A stretch of 64,000 bases of DNA from a virus: positions 27,801 to 91,800 of IMG/VR virus record IMGVR_UViG_3300021964_007369; one strand, given 5' to 3'. The notes beneath the pieces are model-generated. The model was not told the origin of the DNA. It did not search any database and saw only the letters and a list, made by a program, of their open reading frames with translations. Below, one piece after another: positions 48,251-58,451 of this stretch. The position numbers were made by a program, and so were the translations under genes. Positions within the stretch are counted from its first letter, which is position 1. Every line of letters begins with the position of its first letter.

Positions 48251-50773
48251 TTAAACTCCTATTGTCCTATTAGGATCTCTAATCCAGTCTGGATCATATC
48301 TTCCGTTTGCTAAAAACTTAGCGTTGTAATATCCTTGATCTTTAGGACGTCCTAAATTATAGCCGCCTTCTGTTCCAGCAATAGCAAATCTAAAATTACC
48401 TAATATTCCGCGACCAAAATCTTTGTAACGTTCTTTTAGGTATGCCGCTGTTACAGCAACGCTTGCTTCTACATCTGTTAATAGTAATGTAGGATCATCA
48501 ACAATTTTAACACCAAAAGGATTATATTCTGAAACTAATGCTTCGTCTGTTAGTCCTGCTAATTTACCATAACGTTGGTAATTTGCTTTACCTGTTAATT
48601 GGATCAATCCTCTACCTATAAACTTGCCTCCGTCACCTGGTGATGTATTTCCCATGCCAGGTCCAATACTACTTGTATTACCATATACAAGTTCAAAGAA
48701 TTGTGTTTTGTCTGCTTTAATTGTTGTGAGCTGTGAATCACTAACTGTACGTGCCGCACTAAAGATAGAGCGTATTCTATCATTACTTGTTCCGGCATAG
48801 CTAGATTCTGTTTTAAGCTGAAGTGCTGATTCTGTTTCAGCACATGCTATTGCTGAATAAACTTGTTCTTCTGTAAATCCTTGAGCTGACAGTGCCGCCG
48901 CAAATTTACGTGATAGCTCTTGTTTGCTAATTTTTGTTGCTGGCGGATCTGGTGGAATATCTGCCGCCGCTGTTGGGTCAAAACTGGAACTACCTTCAGG
49001 TGCTCCGCTACTATTGTAACTGTTTGGCACTGAGCCTGACTCAGTAACTGTTCCTGCTGGTCCACGCTTAAATGTATCAGGTGTACTAGGTGGATAAGTT
49101 TCACCTTGTTGATTACCTGCTCTAGTATTTGCATGTCCATATTTTATAGGATCCATATTTTCATGTTCAAACCACGGTTCGTGTTGTGGCACTCTAGATG
49201 TCGGTAATGCCTTTTCAGGTGGTGTAGGTGAAGTTACATATGGTGCCGCTGGTATGGTTGCAGAATCTGGAGCTGTTGGTTCAATATTTTGTATGTCAAT
49301 AGTTGCATCACTTTTAACATAAACAATTCCTGTGCCTTTAATATTAAAACTTTCACCTGACGATAACCTTGTTTGTGCGCCAGCTTTAATATTAAAGTTT
49401 GTATCTGATTCTTGTTTAATATCGCCTAATGCTTTAATATCAATAGTTCCATCAGTTGACACTTTTATACTTGCACAAGACTCTATTCCTAAAGTTGTAG
49501 CACTTCCTATTGCCATATTACCTGTACTAATAAAACTTCCTTGTCCTTGTGAAGCCATCATTGTGTTGCCTTCAGAAAATGTTATCATGTCACTACTTGT
49601 GTTTAGTGTAATATCTTTACTTGCATTTACACTGTAGGTTGTTCCGCTTATAATATTTGTGCTGTCAAAACTACTTTGTTTAATTTTGTTTGCAACTACA
49701 TTTAAATCTTGTCCAGCAGTTAAATTAATATCTCTATCTGCTGTAAAATTTAAATCTTGTTGTGAGTGTACACTTACACTATCAGCCGCATAAATGTCAA
49801 TTTTACCATTTGATGTTAATTCTATCCATGCTGTACCTCTGCCATTAGCAATATAAATTAAATCTTCGGAGTTATGCATAAGGATCTGATGTCCTGTACG
49901 TGTTCGTAGTCTAACCAAATCACTAAACGGAAGTGATTGATCTCCTCCTGTTTCGCCAGCTTCTTTATTAACATACTGCATTGCTGTATCTTTAGGATGG
50001 CCTTTTCTAATTAATCTATGATCTCCGTCATCCATAGCAAATGAACTGCCACCTAATCTACTTCTATAATAATCAACTGCTTGACTAGTAGGTCCATATT
50101 TTCCTTTAGGTGCGCCTTGGCGTTTATCTAATGGTCCAGGAGTACTCCACCCAAATACATTACTAGGAACTTCTCTTCTAGCACCTGTTGTAGTTACACC
50201 TCGTATTTCGTCTTCAACTAATCCACTAGAGACAAGTTGATTAACACTATCAATATTAATTGGTTTTTTGTAACTTGTTGGATTTGGCCCTGTATTATTA
50301 AGTTTTTTATTATATTCACCTGTAGGTAATTTTTTACCTTTTAAATCCGATGGAGTGCTATCTGACGTAAGTGTTGTACTAGGATTTCCTGGTACCATAA
50401 AATTCATATATTCGTCTTGAATACAGCCAATCCAATATGCTTGGTTTAAAGAACCTTCTGCAAGTATTACTAAAACCTTTGTACCTGGATCAGGCGGTAC
50501 TGCCCAAAATCCATAACTTTGTTGTGTTGAACGATAATCATCATTTCTTGTATTACTAGAAACATCACTTACACCATAAAAAGGCATAAGATATCTTGCT
50601 GTAATTATTTGACCTTCTTCGTTTGCATCGTTACCACTAAATGCATTAGTTTGTAATTCTACTCTTAGGTCTCCAGAATGCCTAGGATCAACGTGACTAA
50701 TAACTTTTGCAACATATGGTCCTGGATTATCAATAGCTTTTCTTGCATAAGGGGTCCGTTTATTTACTGGCAT
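48251..50773 (-). CDS. gp5: Central spike gp5/VgrG-like protein with C-terminal GH19 lysozyme/chitinase-like domain
   Basis: OB-fold (DPRHSGDLRV..PPDPGTKVLV), RTGH, beta-helix repeats, HEPW; C-terminal AETES..FIGRGLIQLTGKANY (GH19). Confidence 0.8.
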   Translation of the reverse strand: MPVNKRTPYARKAIDNPGPYVAKVISHVDPRHSGDLRVELQTNAFSGNDANEEGQIITARYLMPFYGVSDVSSNTRNDDYRSTQQSYGFWAVPPDPGTKVLVILAEGSLNQAYWIGCIQDEYMNFMVPGNPSTTLTSDSTPSDLKGKKLPTGEYNKKLNNTGPNPTSYKKPINIDSVNQLVSSGLVEDEIRGVTTTGARREVPSNVFGWSTPGPLDKRQGAPKGKYGPTSQAVDYYRSRLGGSSFAMDDGDHRLIRKGHPKDTAMQYVNKEAGETGGDQSLPFSDLVRLRTRTGHQILMHNSEDLIYIANGRGTAWIELTSNGKIDIYAADSVSVHSQQDLNFTADRDINLTAGQDLNVVANKIKQSSFDSTNIISGTTYSVNASKDITLNTSSDMITFSEGNTMMASQGQGSFISTGNMAIGSATTLGIESCASIKVSTDGTIDIKALGDIKQESDTNFNIKAGAQTRLSSGESFNIKGTGIVYVKSDATIDIQNIEPTAPDSATIPAAPYVTSPTPPEKALPTSRVPQHEPWFEHENMDPIKYGHANTRAGNQQGETYPPSTPDTFKRGPAGTVTESGSVPNSYNSSGAPEGSSSFDPTAAADIPPDPPATKISKQELSRKFAAALSAQGFTEEQVYSAIACAETESALQLKTESSYAGTSNDRIRSIFSAARTVSDSQLTTIKADKTQFFELVYGNTSSIGPGMGNTSPGDGGKFIGRGLIQLTGKANYQRYGKLAGLTDEALVSEYNPFGVKIVDDPTLLLTDVEASVAVTAAYLKERYKDFGRGILGNFRFAIAGTEGGYNLGRPKDQGYYNAKFLANGRYDPDWIRDPNRTIGV

Positions 50774-53532
50774 TATAAACCGCCTCCGCTTTTAAGTTTT
50801 GCTTTAATACGTTTACGTTCTTCTTCAGTTCTTATTCCATTAATATAAATTTCTTTTTCTTCTGCGTTTGCAACATTACCTAGTTCGCCAGCTGTAAGAT
50901 TACCGTTGCCGTCTGTATCTAATATCTTAAATGCTATTTCTTCTTTAGATGCTCCGGCGTCTTGCATTTCTGAAATTAGTTTTTCTTTAGCGTGTTTTAC
51001 TGCAAGCAATGATTGTTTTTCGTCTGTTGCTACTTGAGTTAGCTGTTGATTCTTACGTCTAATCATTGCTAATTCTTGTGTAAACTGTCCACCACTAAAA
51101 GAACTTGTTAAAGTGTTTACCATATACAACCCACTAAAAGCATCAACGCCTACCGAATCTCCAAAGTCGTACATACCGTTTGACTTTATATCTATTGGTG
51201 TTCTAAAATTCAATCTAATGTCCACTTGTCCTGATTGGTAATCCATTGTAGTATCTGATGTTAAATTAAAAAATTCAGTTTCCTTAGCAGAGTAATTTCC
51301 CATACCACTATCTGCAAGATAATACGGATCTCCCCAAATCTTCATTGTAGTACTAATTAAGTCTACATCCGAATTGATTAAGGCATCATTGAAACGTCGG
51401 GCAATTTCAACTTTACCCGATTCTGATATTGCTCCAGCTGTTCCGTTTTCAGTTCCTAATGTAGTGTTTACTGATGCTCCGTCACCTTGTACATCTTGTG
51501 CCGCATTTGAAATAACATATTCCTCGTTAAGTTCTGACTCATCCTTAGATCCTGACAATGCACTTAAATCAGTACTTGCTTTATTTCTATTTGCTGTTGG
51601 ACTAATTGCTTGGAAAAATGCATTTTGAAACTGTAGATTAAATTCTAAAACATCTGTATTTTTTCCTGTATACATATAATTGTATTCTCTAGCACACTGT
51701 CTTTCAAGTGCTTTATAACCGGAGTATGCTCTGTTAGGACTTGCAAATACACTTTGGTGTACTTTCCATGGAACAATTTTATATACAATTACTCTCGGCG
51801 GACGTCCTGTTTGTGCTTCTTGTTGTTTGTTATCTATGTTATAAATGTTTGCTTCAATCTTAAACCAATCAACCATGCCCTTTTCATCTGGCTGTGTATC
51901 AGGAGAACTATTCTCACCGTATAAACTAATTAAAACTAAATCTTCTAATATTTTTTGTATTTTTGATCCTTTTGCAAATTTAATACTTCTACGTGCAGGA
52001 TCAATAGTTATGTTATCTCGTTTTAATAATCCGTTTTCTTTATCATAATTAAAACTTGCTTGGCCAAATGGTACTGTTCCCGGACCTAACGGATCAACTA
52101 TACTAATTTGTGCTTGTCCTATATCATTTACATTTTCTGTTGATTCATTAAAACTCTTAATTGTTTCACTAAGATTTGATCTTTTTAGAATATAACCTTT
52201 TTGGTTATACAAAAAATTTCTATATTCTTGTTGGTTGTCAGCATCAATATATGTCCCTGAACTTATACTGTCAATAGCTCTTTGTAAATCTGTAGAATTA
52301 TAAGTATTAACACGTCTTGCTGGTGCAGGGAAATCACTGAAATCTGATGCATAAGAATTACTTGTTGTTTGAGTAGCATGATCATCTTCGTCTGAACTTT
52401 GTATTGCAGTAGCTAAACTAGATCTATCTTTTGGAAAAACAAAAACATATTCATCAGGTTCGACGCCAGCTTGTGCTTCTACGTTTCTTAATAAATGTGT
52501 ATTAATAACTGTTGCTAAACTTCCTGCGCCAGTTTGTATAAGTTCGTTAAGTGTTCTACCTGTAATTTCAATATCAACAGGTAATGTTTGTACTGCATCA
52601 CTAAATGCTTGATCGTTAAACGGAACACCTCGCATGTTATAAACACTTCCTTGTGTAGTAACTTCAAATTCACCGTTAACCCATTTAAAAGGAAAAATTC
52701 TTCTAGTTTTTCTAGGACGATACATTTTTCCAGCACTGTCCCAGCCTGTAAATTCAAACATGAGTGCATACGGTGCTTCTAGAAAATTTCTATGACCTGC
52801 TTCTCTTGCCGCTATTTGCATTGCTTGAACAAATAATCCCATACTATAAGGTTCAATAATATCAAAACTCATGTGAGTTGCATTTGTTCCTCTTGATTTT
52901 ACGTTAGGATGAATAATCTGTTTCATTTCTATATTATCGATATAGAATTCAATTTTTTTACCGTTCCTTTCAAATGCTGTCATTACTTTTGCATCGCCGG
53001 CGCCGCCGGAACTTCGGCAAACTACGTGTTGTAGTCCTGCTGTTCTGTATGTTGTATCTGGTGTGTTTAATTCATCGCTTGAAAGTGCCGCTAGTGTTAC
53101 AATATAGTTGTAAGTCTTAAAAGCGTTTAAAGGATTTTTTAAAGGTCCTGGTAAAGGAGTTGATATTCCCGGAGTACTAGTGTCTATGCCGTCAAGTATA
53201 TAATCTCCACCGGGTATGTTTCCATCTGGATTAAAACTTGTATTACCAAATGATGCTGTTGCTAAATCTTCTTCAAGCTCTTTAAGATCGCTTGCTATTG
53301 AAATTTTTGTATTTTGTACTTGAGGAATAGATTTAAAAAGATCAGTTAACGTTTTGTCCATTCCAGGCAACAACGTTTCTGATATAATTGGATTATCTTT
53401 AAACAATCCGTTTACTATAGGAGACAAATCATTTACTACTGTGCCGCCTAGTTCAGCTGTTTTGCCAACTAAGTTACTAACATCTTTATCAATTTTTCCA
53501 ATTAAAGCGTCAGGATTAAAATTTCTAGACAT
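50773..53532 (-). CDS. Baseplate hub protein (gp27/GpD-like)
   Basis: Lies between gp53-like and gp5; IWGDP and SGLYMVNTLTSSFSGGQFTQEL hub C-terminal signature. Confidence 0.65.
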   Translation of the reverse strand: MSRNFNPDALIGKIDKDVSNLVGKTAELGGTVVNDLSPIVNGLFKDNPIISETLLPGMDKTLTDLFKSIPQVQNTKISIASDLKELEEDLATASFGNTSFNPDGNIPGGDYILDGIDTSTPGISTPLPGPLKNPLNAFKTYNYIVTLAALSSDELNTPDTTYRTAGLQHVVCRSSGGAGDAKVMTAFERNGKKIEFYIDNIEMKQIIHPNVKSRGTNATHMSFDIIEPYSMGLFVQAMQIAAREAGHRNFLEAPYALMFEFTGWDSAGKMYRPRKTRRIFPFKWVNGEFEVTTQGSVYNMRGVPFNDQAFSDAVQTLPVDIEITGRTLNELIQTGAGSLATVINTHLLRNVEAQAGVEPDEYVFVFPKDRSSLATAIQSSDEDDHATQTTSNSYASDFSDFPAPARRVNTYNSTDLQRAIDSISSGTYIDADNQQEYRNFLYNQKGYILKRSNLSETIKSFNESTENVNDIGQAQISIVDPLGPGTVPFGQASFNYDKENGLLKRDNITIDPARRSIKFAKGSKIQKILEDLVLISLYGENSSPDTQPDEKGMVDWFKIEANIYNIDNKQQEAQTGRPPRVIVYKIVPWKVHQSVFASPNRAYSGYKALERQCAREYNYMYTGKNTDVLEFNLQFQNAFFQAISPTANRNKASTDLSALSGSKDESELNEEYVISNAAQDVQGDGASVNTTLGTENGTAGAISESGKVEIARRFNDALINSDVDLISTTMKIWGDPYYLADSGMGNYSAKETEFFNLTSDTTMDYQSGQVDIRLNFRTPIDIKSNGMYDFGDSVGVDAFSGLYMVNTLTSSFSGGQFTQELAMIRRKNQQLTQVATDEKQSLLAVKHAKEKLISEMQDAGASKEEIAFKILDTDGNGNLTAGELGNVANAEEKEIYINGIRTEEERKRIKAKLKSGGGL

Positions 53533-53533
53533 A

Positions 53534-53833
53534 TTAAATTCCTAACATTGTTCTGAGCTTATCTCCTTGCGGCAGATATATTTGTGTCCCCGGTAACATA
53601 TCGTAAATTGGATCTTTTATAACATCCATATTACGTTGAGCAAATACCCACCATAATTTAGGGTCATCATACAAATCGTACGCTAAAAGATCTGGACGAT
53701 GTGTGTATTGTGGTTCAATTTTATATAGGACATCATTAGTTTCCTGTGGAACTGGACGTATCTTAAAATGTCCTAAATGAAAATTTTCTTGTCTTGTTTT
53801 TGAATAAGGACTTGTTTCACCATAACTTGCCAT
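53534..53833 (-). CDS. gp53: Baseplate wedge gp53/LysM-like protein
   Basis: RPDLLAYDLYDDPKLWWVFAQRN..GTQIYLP. Confidence 0.8.
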   Translation of the reverse strand: MASYGETSPYSKTRQENFHLGHFKIRPVPQETNDVLYKIEPQYTHRPDLLAYDLYDDPKLWWVFAQRNMDVIKDPIYDMLPGTQIYLPQGDKLRTMLGI

Positions 53834-54693
53834 TAGATAAATCCTCTACCGCTTAATATCATATCACCTCTAACAAAACTATCTAAACTAAACTGTTCTA
53901 CTTCTGATCTACTGTAGGTTGGTTGTACTGTAACTGTAATTTGCGATTCAACTGGAGTGAAACTTACACCTTGAGCACTTTCTACTCCATTTTGTACACT
54001 AGTGTTATTACCTATCTGTGTTGCTATGTAATCTATTTCACCTGGAAGGTCTAGTGTAAAGTTTGTTATTACTACTGGAACATCGTTGAATACATAATCT
54101 CCGTATCCGTTAAGTCTAACAACTGGTGGCGGATTACCGTTATTCGCAGATTGCCCATAATACATTTTAGTAACTGAACGTAAGTAATGTAATACAGCTA
54201 CCCAATACTGTGCTTCTAATGCATTTTGAATTACAAAAGGACCAGTAATAACCATTTGATCAATTTGGCTGTTCTCATAAGCATAGAAAGGATAATTAGT
54301 ATGTACAGGTTGAATTGCTTGATAGTTTGCTGTATGCGACATAACTATCGAAGGCGTAAACGGAAACGTTAAACCACCTGTTGCAACTAATGGCGATAAT
54401 ATAGGATTACTATTGACAAAGTTTGGATCCATCGGAAGTGATAACCTCACTCTCCAATCTTTTCCTTGTGTGCTTGAAAAGCTCGCCGTTTCAGCGACTA
54501 TACTAGTCGGACTACCATCTTTAGGAAGATTTGTACTCCTGTTTAATTTTGCAAAACCTGCGGGGTTTGCAGACAGTTGTGCAAAATCTTGGACAGTTTC
54601 TTTGACAATGTTGGTTGCATTTTGTGCCATTCCTTTGGCCTTATCTGCAAACGAATCATACGTAACATTATCGAATATATTAAATCTGGACAT
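53833..54693 (-). CDS. Tail tube initiator / baseplate protein (gp48/gp54-like)
   Basis: FPFTPSI..PPPVVRL..FNDVPVVITNF; first gene of the baseplate operon. Confidence 0.6.
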   Translation of the reverse strand: MSRFNIFDNVTYDSFADKAKGMAQNATNIVKETVQDFAQLSANPAGFAKLNRSTNLPKDGSPTSIVAETASFSSTQGKDWRVRLSLPMDPNFVNSNPILSPLVATGGLTFPFTPSIVMSHTANYQAIQPVHTNYPFYAYENSQIDQMVITGPFVIQNALEAQYWVAVLHYLRSVTKMYYGQSANNGNPPPVVRLNGYGDYVFNDVPVVITNFTLDLPGEIDYIATQIGNNTSVQNGVESAQGVSFTPVESQITVTVQPTYSRSEVEQFSLDSFVRGDMILSGRGFI

Positions 54694-54713
54694 AAAGTGT
54701 TCTCCTACTACAT

Positions 54714-54719
54714 TATTTA
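54714..54719 (-). promoter_or_regulatory. Late-type promoter core TAAATA for the baseplate operon
   Basis: TAAATA about 20 nt upstream of ATG at 54693; same hexamer precedes many structural genes. Confidence 0.55.
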
Positions 54720-54720
54720 G

Positions 54721-54749
54721 TTGACAAAGTTAAGTACATAGTTTATAAT
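54721..54749 (+). promoter_or_regulatory. Perfect sigma70 consensus promoter TTGACA-N17-TATAAT
   Basis: TTGACA 54721-54726, TATAAT 54744-54749, AGGAG RBS downstream. Confidence 0.85.
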
Positions 54750-54772
54750 ATATATAATTTTAGGAGAATCAT

Positions 54773-55600
54773 GTGAAAAGAGTGAATTATTTAAACAATA
54801 AAGACATATTGAAAGAGATACACAAATCAAAATCAACATTTTGTAGTTTTGTAGATCCTGCATATGCACAATACGATATAATACTACCTAGTGTAGATAA
54901 AATTAATATCCGTACAGTTGCAGAAGCAAAGAGAAATAAAGCAAAAAGACTAACACTAGCCGATTACGAAGCAAAAAAAGCACAAGGAATCAAGGTAAAA
55001 CAATCCGAATGTGAAGTAGAATACACTAAAATGATTAAAGAAGAATTAATTTTTCGTGTAATGACGTATGATCATATACCAGAAGAACCAGGACGCAAGA
55101 AAAATCCTAAAACTATTGCAGATACTAAAGAGAAGTTAAATTTTCCTCCATTTGTGCATTACAAGTTTGATGACAAAGGAGAATTAGTTGTTGTTGGTAA
55201 ATCACACTGGGAAGGTGGCATGGACAACGGATACTTTAATAAAACAGGAGGCAAGGCAACTAATAAACTTGCTATGATGTGGATGAAACTGTGTGATAGA
55301 TATGCAACTAGAGGAAATGTACGTGGGTACACATACAATGACGAAATGCGTGGACAAGCAATTCTGCAATTAGCACAGATTGGCTTACAGTTTGACGAAT
55401 CAAAATCAAATAACCCTTTTGCTTATTATACTGCGGCAGTAACAAATTCATTTGTAAGAGTTATTAATATAGAAAAACGTGCTCAGAATATTCGAGACGA
55501 TATATTAGAAATGAACAATATGAATCCAAGTTACACTCGTCAAATGAAGGGTGAGTGGGAAGCACAACAGAAACGCGAAACGGATTTATCCAAAAAGTAA
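54773..55600 (+). CDS. gp55: Phage late-transcription sigma factor, T4 gp55-like
   Basis: YLNNKD, GYTYNDEM, FDESKSNNPFAYYT; gp55-gp47-gp46 synteny; GTG start after AGGAG. Confidence 0.8.
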   Translation: MKRVNYLNNKDILKEIHKSKSTFCSFVDPAYAQYDIILPSVDKINIRTVAEAKRNKAKRLTLADYEAKKAQGIKVKQSECEVEYTKMIKEELIFRVMTYDHIPEEPGRKKNPKTIADTKEKLNFPPFVHYKFDDKGELVVVGKSHWEGGMDNGYFNKTGGKATNKLAMMWMKLCDRYATRGNVRGYTYNDEMRGQAILQLAQIGLQFDESKSNNPFAYYTAAVTNSFVRVINIEKRAQNIRDDILEMNNMNPSYTRQMKGEWEAQQKRETDLSKK

Positions 55601-55609
55601 TTTTTTTGC

Positions 55610-55638
55610 TTGACAAAGCACTATAATGAACGTATAAT
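55610..55638 (+). promoter_or_regulatory. Perfect sigma70 consensus promoter TTGACA-N17-TATAAT
   Basis: TTGACA 55610-55615, TATAAT 55633-55638, upstream of gp47-like gene. Confidence 0.85.
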
Positions 55639-55667
55639 ATTATAGATTATGGAAAGAGGTACAAATT

Positions 55668-56678
55668 TTGTTCAAAAAAGCGGCAGTATTCACTGACATT
55701 CACCTTGGATTAAAAGGAAACAGTAAAGTACACAATGACGACTGTGAAGCATTTGTAGATTGGTTTATTGAGCAAGCTCAAGCCAATGGATGCGAAACAG
55801 GTATTTTTTGTGGCGACTGGCATCATAATAGAAGCAGTCTTAACCTAACAACTATGGACGCAACAATACGTTGTCTTGAAAAGTTAGGCGGAGCATTTAA
55901 AAACTTTTATATGTTTGTTGGTAATCATGACTTGTATTATAAAGACAAACGTGACGTAAGTTCAACAGAATTTGCTAGACATATACCAGGCATCACTGTT
56001 GTAGATAAATTTACTGAGATTGAAGACGTTGCATTGGTTCCTTGGCTTGTAGGTGATGAATGGAAAAAGATTGAAAAATGCACTGCCAAGTATATGTTTG
56101 GTCATTTTGAACTTCCTAGCTTCTATATGAACGCTATGGTACAGATGCCTGATCACGGTGACTTAAAAGCACAACATTTTAAGCATCAAGACTATGTGTT
56201 TAGTGGACACTTCCATAAACGTCAAGTACAAGGTAAGATTCATTACATCGGTAATGCATTTCCGCACAACTATGCAGATGCATGGGACGATGAGCGTGGC
56301 ATGATGATACTCGATCGAGAAAATAGCAAAGATCCAGAATACCTTAATTGGGGACAATGCCCGAAATATAGAACTGTTAAGTTATCTCAATTAATCGACG
56401 AACAAGAATCTTTAATAAAACCCAACATGTATCTACGTGTTACTTTAGATCTTCCTATATCTTATGAAGAAGCAAGTTTTATTAAAGAAACTTACATAAA
56501 CAATTTTGGGTGTAGAGAGATTACACTTATACCACAGAAACAAGATGAGGAAATATCAACTTCGTTGGATATATCAAAGTTTGAAAGTGTTGATGAAATA
56601 GTTTCTAAAGAAATTAGTGAAATTGATAGTGATAGTTTTGATAAGAAGACATTGTTAGATATCTATAGCGACTTATAA
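55668..56678 (+). CDS. gp47: Mre11/SbcD-like recombination nuclease (T4 gp47-like)
   Basis: Metallophosphoesterase motifs DIH, GDWHH, GNHD, GHF, SGHFH. Confidence 0.9.
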   Translation: MFKKAAVFTDIHLGLKGNSKVHNDDCEAFVDWFIEQAQANGCETGIFCGDWHHNRSSLNLTTMDATIRCLEKLGGAFKNFYMFVGNHDLYYKDKRDVSSTEFARHIPGITVVDKFTEIEDVALVPWLVGDEWKKIEKCTAKYMFGHFELPSFYMNAMVQMPDHGDLKAQHFKHQDYVFSGHFHKRQVQGKIHYIGNAFPHNYADAWDDERGMMILDRENSKDPEYLNWGQCPKYRTVKLSQLIDEQESLIKPNMYLRVTLDLPISYEEASFIKETYINNFGCREITLIPQKQDEEISTSLDISKFESVDEIVSKEISEIDSDSFDKKTLLDIYSDL

Positions 56679-58451
56679 ATGATAAAAATTAAAGACCTAA
56701 CCGTAAAGAATTTCATGAGTGTGGGTAATCAAACCCAAGCTGTTGACTTTGATAAGCAACAACTTACACTTGTGTTGGGAGAAAACTTAGATCAAGGCGG
56801 AGACGATAGTGGTTCACGTAATGGTACAGGTAAGACTACAATTATTAATGCACTAAGTTATGCATTGTATGGATTAGCATTAACAAACATACGCAGAAAT
56901 AACTTAATTAATAAAACTAATTCAAAAGGTATGTTAGTTACACTACATTTTGAAAAAGATAACGTAGACTATCGCATCGAAAGAGGTCGTAGTCCTAATA
57001 TTCTTAAGTTTTATGTAAACAATGAAGAACAAGAAATGACAGACGAATCGCAAGGCGATAGTCGCAAAACACAAGAAGATATTAACACACTTCTTGGTAT
57101 GAGCCATGATATGTTTAAACATATTGTTGCACTAAACACTTATACTGAGCCATTCCTTAGTATGAAACAAAATGATCAACGTGCTATTATAGAACAGTTG
57201 TTAGGTATTACTATTCTTAGTGAAAAAGCTGATATCCTAAAAGAACAAGTTAAACAAACTAAAGATGCTATTACACAAGAAACCTTAAAGATTGAAGCAA
57301 TACAAACTGCTAATAGTAAAATTGAAGGCACTATTACTAGTTTACAAGGAACGCAACGTGCTTGGATTGCTAAGAAGCAACAAGACATGAATAATTTAGC
57401 ATCTGCAATCGACGAATTAGAACACTTAGATGTTAATGTTGAGTTAGAATCACATGAAAAACTAGTAAATTGGAACGAGCATAACAATGCTATTTTGGCT
57501 CTTAAAAAAGAATTAAGCACATTGGAGCCAGCATTACAACGTGCGGAGAAGAGTGTTGAAAAAGCAACTAAAGACATATCAAATCTTGAAGAGGCTACTT
57601 GTTATACTTGTGGACAAGAACTACATGCAGATAAAAAAGCAGAATTAGAAGCACGTAAAGAAAAAGAATTAGATGAGGCAATCGACTATCGATCGGAGAT
57701 TACTAAAAAAGTAGATGACGTTATTAAAGGTCTTGATGACATTGGTGATATCAATGGCAAACCTACTACTTACTATGAAACAGCAAAAGAAGCATACGAG
57801 CATAGACAAAATGTTGACAGTTTAAAAACTGCACTTGAAAATAAAACATCTGAAACAGATCCTTATCAAACACAGATTGACGAATTAAACAATACTGCTA
57901 TACAAACTGTTGACTGGGTTGAAGTTAATCAACTTACAAATTATAAAGACCATCAAGAATTCTTGTTGAAACTGTTAACTAACAAAGATAGTTTTATTCG
58001 TAAGAAAATTATTGAACAAAACTTAGCATACTTAAACAATAGACTTACATATTACTTGGATAAGTTAGGATTACCGCATCAGGTTGAATTCTTAAACGAC
58101 TTAACAGTACAAATTACACAACTTGGACAAGACTTAGATTTTGATAACTTGAGTAGAGGTGAACGTAATAGACTTATACTTGGTATGAGTTTTGCATTTA
58201 GAGATGTTTGGGAAAGTCTATATCAGAATATCAACTTATTGTTTATTGATGAGTTAATTGATAGTGGCATGGATATTTCAGGTGTTGAAAATTCACTTGC
58301 TGTAATTAAGAAAATGGGTCGTGAGCGTCAAAAAAATGTATTTTTAATCTCACACAAAGACGAGCTTATAGGACGTGTGAATCATTTGCTTAAAGTAGTT
58401 AAAGAAAATGGGTTTACATCATATGAAAATGATATTGATATTGTAGAATGA
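56679..58451 (+). CDS. gp46: Rad50/SbcC-like ATPase (T4 gp46-like)
   Basis: Walker A NGTGKT, zinc hook CYTC in coiled coil, LSRGE signature, LFIDE, ISH. Confidence 0.92.
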   Translation: MIKIKDLTVKNFMSVGNQTQAVDFDKQQLTLVLGENLDQGGDDSGSRNGTGKTTIINALSYALYGLALTNIRRNNLINKTNSKGMLVTLHFEKDNVDYRIERGRSPNILKFYVNNEEQEMTDESQGDSRKTQEDINTLLGMSHDMFKHIVALNTYTEPFLSMKQNDQRAIIEQLLGITILSEKADILKEQVKQTKDAITQETLKIEAIQTANSKIEGTITSLQGTQRAWIAKKQQDMNNLASAIDELEHLDVNVELESHEKLVNWNEHNNAILALKKELSTLEPALQRAEKSVEKATKDISNLEEATCYTCGQELHADKKAELEARKEKELDEAIDYRSEITKKVDDVIKGLDDIGDINGKPTTYYETAKEAYEHRQNVDSLKTALENKTSETDPYQTQIDELNNTAIQTVDWVEVNQLTNYKDHQEFLLKLLTNKDSFIRKKIIEQNLAYLNNRLTYYLDKLGLPHQVEFLNDLTVQITQLGQDLDFDNLSRGERNRLILGMSFAFRDVWESLYQNINLLFIDELIDSGMDISGVENSLAVIKKMGRERQKNVFLISHKDELIGRVNHLLKVVKENGFTSYENDIDIVE

